Of a stretch of 64,000 bases of DNA, positions 60,112 to 64,000 are shown one piece after another. This DNA is from an uncultured delta proteobacterium (GTDB taxonomy: Bacteria > Desulfobacterota > BSN033 > UBA1163): assembly GCA_963695895.1 (NCBI GenBank), contig CAVOIK010000015.1, positions 38,400 through 102,399 of the forward strand. Direction: 5' to 3'. The notes below the pieces were generated by a model, which saw only the letters and a program-made list of their open reading frames with translations, was not told the DNA's origin and made no database searches. Position numbers and translations under genes: made by a program. The stretch's first letter is position 1. The number at the start of each line of letters is the position of its first letter.

Positions 60112-61658
60112 GGTCCTTCTCCTTTTTCGACGCCAAGAGATACTAGATGTTTTTCGATATGCCTTTCAAGCAGTGACCAATACTCTTCTTCAAACTGTGT
60201 CAGAACATGAAAGAAGCGGTTTCTAAAGAGGTCCGTACCTTCTGGGGTTTTTGCATTGAGCAGATAACCGTACGTGATGTGAAGGAGCTGTCTCGAATCG
60301 ACTTCATCGAGAAGGCCCACGAGCTCCTGATCCTTGAGGCGATTGACGTCCGGAATTTTTTCGAGATCGGTCGTCACGTGGTAAAGTTTTGCGGCGTCCT
60401 TAAAAACCGATAGCGCATACTCGTGCATCTGTCGGTAGAGGGGTGGGGCGATCTCAGCGATCAAGCGCACGGCCTCGAGCCAGCTCGTCCCCGCCGTCTT
60501 GAGGTGGAAGCCGCCCTTTGACAACCTTCCGATCTCAGGAAAAACAGAGAATTTGTCGCTTCCCGAATGAATGGAGATCTTGTAATTTCCGTAATGCTGG
60601 GCGATCAGGCTATGTTTGAGATACTGCTCGCGAAAGGCCTGGAGGTCTCCGATATAGTCGATGGCCTTCTGAAATTCACCAACGAACCTCGGAGCGAGCG
60701 AATCGAGCTGGACTCCTCGCTGAGTCACCTGAATAACAAAGAAGAGATGGTTTTCCGGAGTTGTCGGGAAAGGGGTTTCGTCAATGGAGATCTCAAAGTC
60801 GATCGTAGGTCTGTGGCCCGTTTTGGAATCGATGAATTCGTAAGCCTCCTCGGTGAAATCGATGGCTTTCTGATAGAGGAGGACATTTCGTTTCAGCTCT
60901 TCTTCATTGAATTGGATGCGACATTCTCCCTGAGGGCCTTTTAGATGAAATTCCTTCTCTAGAAAGAGATGGGAGAGGACTTTCATCTCTTCCTCATCCA
61001 CAGCTTGGTGAAACTCACGATCGAGCGTCTCCTTCGAGAACTCGAACGCCTTTGGATTCAACTTCTCTGACAAGTCGAGGGTTACCATCGATACGCCTGC
61101 ATCGAGGGCAGCCTTGATTTCCTGAAAGGTCTTCAGATGGTCTCCGTCCGCTCCGTATCCTTTTTGATAATTTTCCAGGAAAACCCCCCAGGCTGCATCC
61201 TGGATCATCTCTGGAAAGCTTCGGCCTGTCTGTATATTTTCACGGACCGATTGCTGGGCGAGGACGGGACGAACCGGAAACTTGTCGACCGCGCGCAGGT
61301 GGCCGGGAGTTGCCAGCCCCAGTCGATCTCCCGTCCCGATCGTTGTCCACTTCCTCAAGAGAGGAATCGGTTTCGTGAAAGGGAAAAGATCCATGAGACA
61401 CTGAGTGTTTTCCAAAGTCAGATCGCAGAGCTTGAGGGTGGATGCATCATGGAAAGTTCTTCCTTTGAAGGGATCGGCAAGAACTGCTGCCTTTTCTCCA
61501 AGGACAACCAGTTTTTTCCCCTCTGGGTTCCGAATCAACCCATAGATTAAGCCGTTCTTGAGGACGAAAGACTTTGGATAAAACTTGAGCAACTGGAGCG
61601 GAAAGCGCTTGAGGGATTCGGAAATCTTTTCGTGAGAGATTGTCGGTTCTTGGGTCAT
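60108..61658 (-). CDS. conserved hypothetical protein (516 aa), translationally coupled upstream of the transaldolase-fold gene; possible sugar isomerase/epimerase
   Basis: Intact ORF; stop overlaps the start of the 706-aa gene (ATGA); motifs TIGTGDRLGLATPGH, ISIHSGSDKFSVFP. Family not confidently identified. Confidence 0.35.
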   Translation of the reverse strand: MTQEPTISHEKISESLKRFPLQLLKFYPKSFVLKNGLIYGLIRNPEGKKLVVLGEKAAVLADPFKGRTFHDASTLKLCDLTLENTQCLMDLFPFTKPIPLLRKWTTIGTGDRLGLATPGHLRAVDKFPVRPVLAQQSVRENIQTGRSFPEMIQDAAWGVFLENYQKGYGADGDHLKTFQEIKAALDAGVSMVTLDLSEKLNPKAFEFSKETLDREFHQAVDEEEMKVLSHLFLEKEFHLKGPQGECRIQFNEEELKRNVLLYQKAIDFTEEAYEFIDSKTGHRPTIDFEISIDETPFPTTPENHLFFVIQVTQRGVQLDSLAPRFVGEFQKAIDYIGDLQAFREQYLKHSLIAQHYGNYKISIHSGSDKFSVFPEIGRLSKGGFHLKTAGTSWLEAVRLIAEIAPPLYRQMHEYALSVFKDAAKLYHVTTDLEKIPDVNRLKDQELVGLLDEVDSRQLLHITYGYLLNAKTPEGTDLFRNRFFHVLTQFEEEYWSLLERHIEKHLVSLGVEKGEGP

Positions 61659-61715
61659 GTTTCCCTCCCGTTGTTCGGATTATAGCTCTGGTCGTTCACC
61701 CTGTCAATTTTTCAC

Positions 61716-62050
61716 GGGCAAGTCGACTGGGAGCCCCGACTTGCCTGCCTGCGGTAGGCAGGTAATCGGGGAGGAAAGCCGACCCTATAGTCATATTTAC
61801 ATCTCCCGGAAGCCCCACCCTCTGGGCGGGTGCTTCCTTTTTCACTTTCCAGAGTTCATCTCATCTGCAAGAAGACCAAGGCATTGACCCTGCGATTCTG
61901 TCCAGGTTCTCTATTTTAGATTTACGAGAAGAGAGTACTCAGGGTCAACCCTGAGACTCAACTTGAACGGCTCGACTGAGCCCTTCGGTCTTGAGCGACT
62001 CAGGGTCGAAAGATTCGCCGAATTCTTGGGTCGAAGGGTTGACTTTTCTT
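61716..62050. repeat. REP/BIME-like units (two) in the divergent spacer before argS
   Basis: 61716-61850 gggcaagtcgactgggagccccgacttgcctgcctgcggtaggcaggtaatcggggaggaaagccgaccctatagtcatatttacatctcccggaagccccaccctctgggcggg; 61935-62045 ctcagggtcaaccctgag...cgactcagggtcgaaag...gtcgaagggttgac. Confidence 0.55.
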
Positions 62051-62100
62051 CGACTTCCACATAATAAATAACTGAGTGACAAAGGAGCGAAACAAAAAAG

Positions 62101-64000
62101 ATGATCAGAGAGAAAGTCGTCGAAAAACTGAGAGATGTCCTTAACGTTGAAGAAATTCCCCTCAATATTCCACCGAAACCGGAGATGGGTGATTTTTCGA
62201 GTGCCATTTGTCTCGCCCTTGCAAAACAGAGGCGGCAGTCTCCGATGAACATAGCGAAAGAAGCATCAGCAGCGCTTAAAGCATTAGGCCTCCCTGATTT
62301 TCTTGAAGAAGTTAGCGTATCTCCACCAGGATACCTTAATTTCAAAGTGAACTGGCCGAGAGTGGCGTCATCCCTCATTCCGGAGATCCTCAGTGAGAAA
62401 AAACCTTTCGGAAAATACTCCGAAGTCGAATCGGGGAAGGTATTCATCGAACATACGAGTGTGAATCCGAACAAAGCCATGCATATCGGGCATCTCAGAA
62501 ATTCGGTTCTCGGCGATACGATAGCAAACGTCTTCAAATGGCTCGGCTTTGAAACAGAGATCTGCAATTATATCGATGATACAGGTGTCCAGGTTGTGGA
62601 CGTCGTCACCGCCCTTCTTTATCTTGACCCCCCTCTGTACAAGGAAAGTTCATCAGACTTTAAGCAAATCTGGGCAAAGACTCCCAAGGATCAACCCTTC
62701 GACTATTTCTGCTGGGACATCTACGCAAGGTTTCAGCATGAGCTCGAAAAGAATCCAACGTTGGGCGAGAAAAGGGAAGAAGTTCTTCATCAGATCGAGG
62801 CAGGCGGAAACCCTGTCGCCTTTTTTGCCAAGGAATTATCGACAAAGATTGTTCATGCCCATCTGGCCACGGTCGGTCAGCTTTTCATCTTCTATGACCT
62901 TCTCAATTGGGAATCAGATATCATCCACGGGGGGTTTTGGGGAGCCGCGTTCGAGTTGCTCAAAGAGCGAGGGGCTCTTCGCTTGGAGACCGAGGGGCCC
63001 AACGAGGGATGCTGGGTGGTTCCTCTCGGTGGTGTTGTAGAAACCAGCGAAGGGGTCAAGAGCCTTGACAAGGTTCTGGTCCGCTCTAATGGGAGTGTCG
63101 TCTACACAGGAAAAGACATTGCGTACCAGTTCTGGAAGTTCGGTTTGTTGAAGAAAGATTTTTTCTACAAGATGTGGGGACCTCAGCCGAATGGAAAGAT
63201 GCTGTGGACGACCACCTCGGAGTGTGAACACACCGATCGGCCCATGAAGCCCTTCGGCCATGCAGATCGGGTCATTAATGTGATTGACGTGCGGCAGAGT
63301 TACCCCCAGCAAGTGGTCATTGACTCTATTCGACAAGCGGGCTTCGCGAAGCAGGCAGATCAATCGGTCCATCTTGCCTATGAGGTGGTTAATCTGTCTG
63401 CTCAGGCAGCTCGACTCTTGAAAGTGGACGACGTGGAAGAGAAAAAGTCTGTGGCCATGTCAGGCCGTTCGGGCACAGGAGTCAAGGCCAACGATTTTAT
63501 CGAGATGGTCAAGCAAAAGGTGAAGGAGAAGGCCGACCACCCTCTCGAAGAGGCTGTGGCGAATTCCCTGGCAGCGGCTGCCATCCGTTACTACCTGTTG
63601 AAGTTCACTGTGGAGAGTCAGATCATCTTCGATTTCGACGAGGCCTTAAAGACCACGGGCGATACGGGGATCTACTTGGAATACGCTCACGCGCGCGCCT
63701 GCAGTATTCTCAGAAAAGCCGAAGAAAACAAGATTGACCTTGGCTGGAAAATTGGAAGTATTCCTTCCCAATTCACGCGAACAGAAAGAAGTCTATTGGA
63801 AACCTTGGAGAGATTTCCTGCCGTGGTGATCAACACGAGTAAGACGCTCAGGGTTTCTCAGGTGACAGAATATGCTTTTCAACTGGCGAGTGCCTTCACC
63901 GACTTCTATGAACACCCCGATCCTGACGTAGAAGTTCAGACTCCCTTCATCCATCTCCAGAATCGAGAACTTCAGTTATTTCGACTCAGCTTGGTGAAAG
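62101..64000 (+). CDS. argS: arginyl-tRNA synthetase, 3' partial (runs off window end)
   Basis: Open frame from ATG 62101 (SD aaaggag) to the window end with no stop; HTSVNPNKAMHIGHLRNSVLGD (class I HIGH). Absent from the ORF track only because no stop lies within the window. Confidence 0.8.
   Translation, partial: MIREKVVEKLRDVLNVEEIPLNIPPKPEMGDFSSAICLALAKQRRQSPMNIAKEASAALKALGLPDFLEEVSVSPPGYLNFKVNWPRVASSLIPEILSEKKPFGKYSEVESGKVFIEHTSVNPNKAMHIGHLRNSVLGDTIANVFKWLGFETEICNYIDDTGVQVVDVVTALLYLDPPLYKESSSDFKQIWAKTPKDQPFDYFCWDIYARFQHELEKNPTLGEKREEVLHQIEAGGNPVAFFAKELSTKIVHAHLATVGQLFIFYDLLNWESDIIHGGFWGAAFELLKERGALRLETEGPNEGCWVVPLGGVVETSEGVKSLDKVLVRSNGSVVYTGKDIAYQFWKFGLLKKDFFYKMWGPQPNGKMLWTTTSECEHTDRPMKPFGHADRVINVIDVRQSYPQQVVIDSIRQAGFAKQADQSVHLAYEVVNLSAQAARLLKVDDVEEKKSVAMSGRSGTGVKANDFIEMVKQKVKEKADHPLEEAVANSLAAAAIRYYLLKFTVESQIIFDFDEALKTTGDTGIYLEYAHARACSILRKAEENKIDLGWKIGSIPSQFTRTERSLLETLERFPAVVINTSKTLRVSQVTEYAFQLASAFTDFYEHPDPDVEVQTPFIHLQNRELQLFRLSLVK

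Overview
The window comes from a Gram-negative-type bacterium (LptE, MurJ, Kdo/heptose LPS genes) of unknown lineage. Nt 1-41100 is a large cell-envelope polysaccharide region on both strands. It holds an LPS inner-core set: a GT9 heptosyltransferase, a fused tandem Kdo/WaaP-type LPS kinase, a heptose-7-P kinase of the RfaE kinase-domain type, and several GT2/GT4 enzymes. It also holds a WbpB/WbpE/WbpD-like trio (oxidoreductase, aminotransferase, acetyltransferase) for a di-N-acetylated amino sugar. There is a GT39/ArnT-like membrane transferase, and a separate GT2 plus DUF2304 plus epimerase block. A ~20 kb minus-strand operon (nt 17446-37465) encodes AsnB-like amidotransferase, three tandem paralogs of an uncharacterised GT-B-like protein, GT4, a Wzx flippase, five paralogous cytoplasmic alkaline-phosphatase-superfamily proteins (one sulfatase-like), a GT4, an alpha/alpha6-barrel protein, WecB and more. 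Nt 41300-64000 is a housekeeping block: dodecin, xerC, hslVU, argB, argD, leuS-lptE, epmA-efp, holA, rpsT, murJ, an FAD-dependent oxidoreductase, a 706-aa transaldolase-fold protein with a 516-aa partner, and argS (3' partial). Three things are unusual. First, at least 27 single-base frameshifts split genes across the window, including essential murJ, hslU and argB; these are most likely sequencing or assembly indels, and a few sit in homopolymer runs. Second, a family of BIME/REP-like mosaic intergenic repeats carries a palindrome ctgcctgcCGGCAGGCAGg, a 'gggcacaatat' box and a 'ccgggaagcccNgcc-tttagggcgGGGAGcttcac' module that supplies an SD-like sequence just ahead of start codons and even the last ~13 codons of holA. 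Third, 7-8 nt tandem-repeat arrays, two of them arranged as long hairpins, fill the spacers between xerC, hslVU, argB, argD and leuS. No tRNA, rRNA, CRISPR array or transposase was seen.
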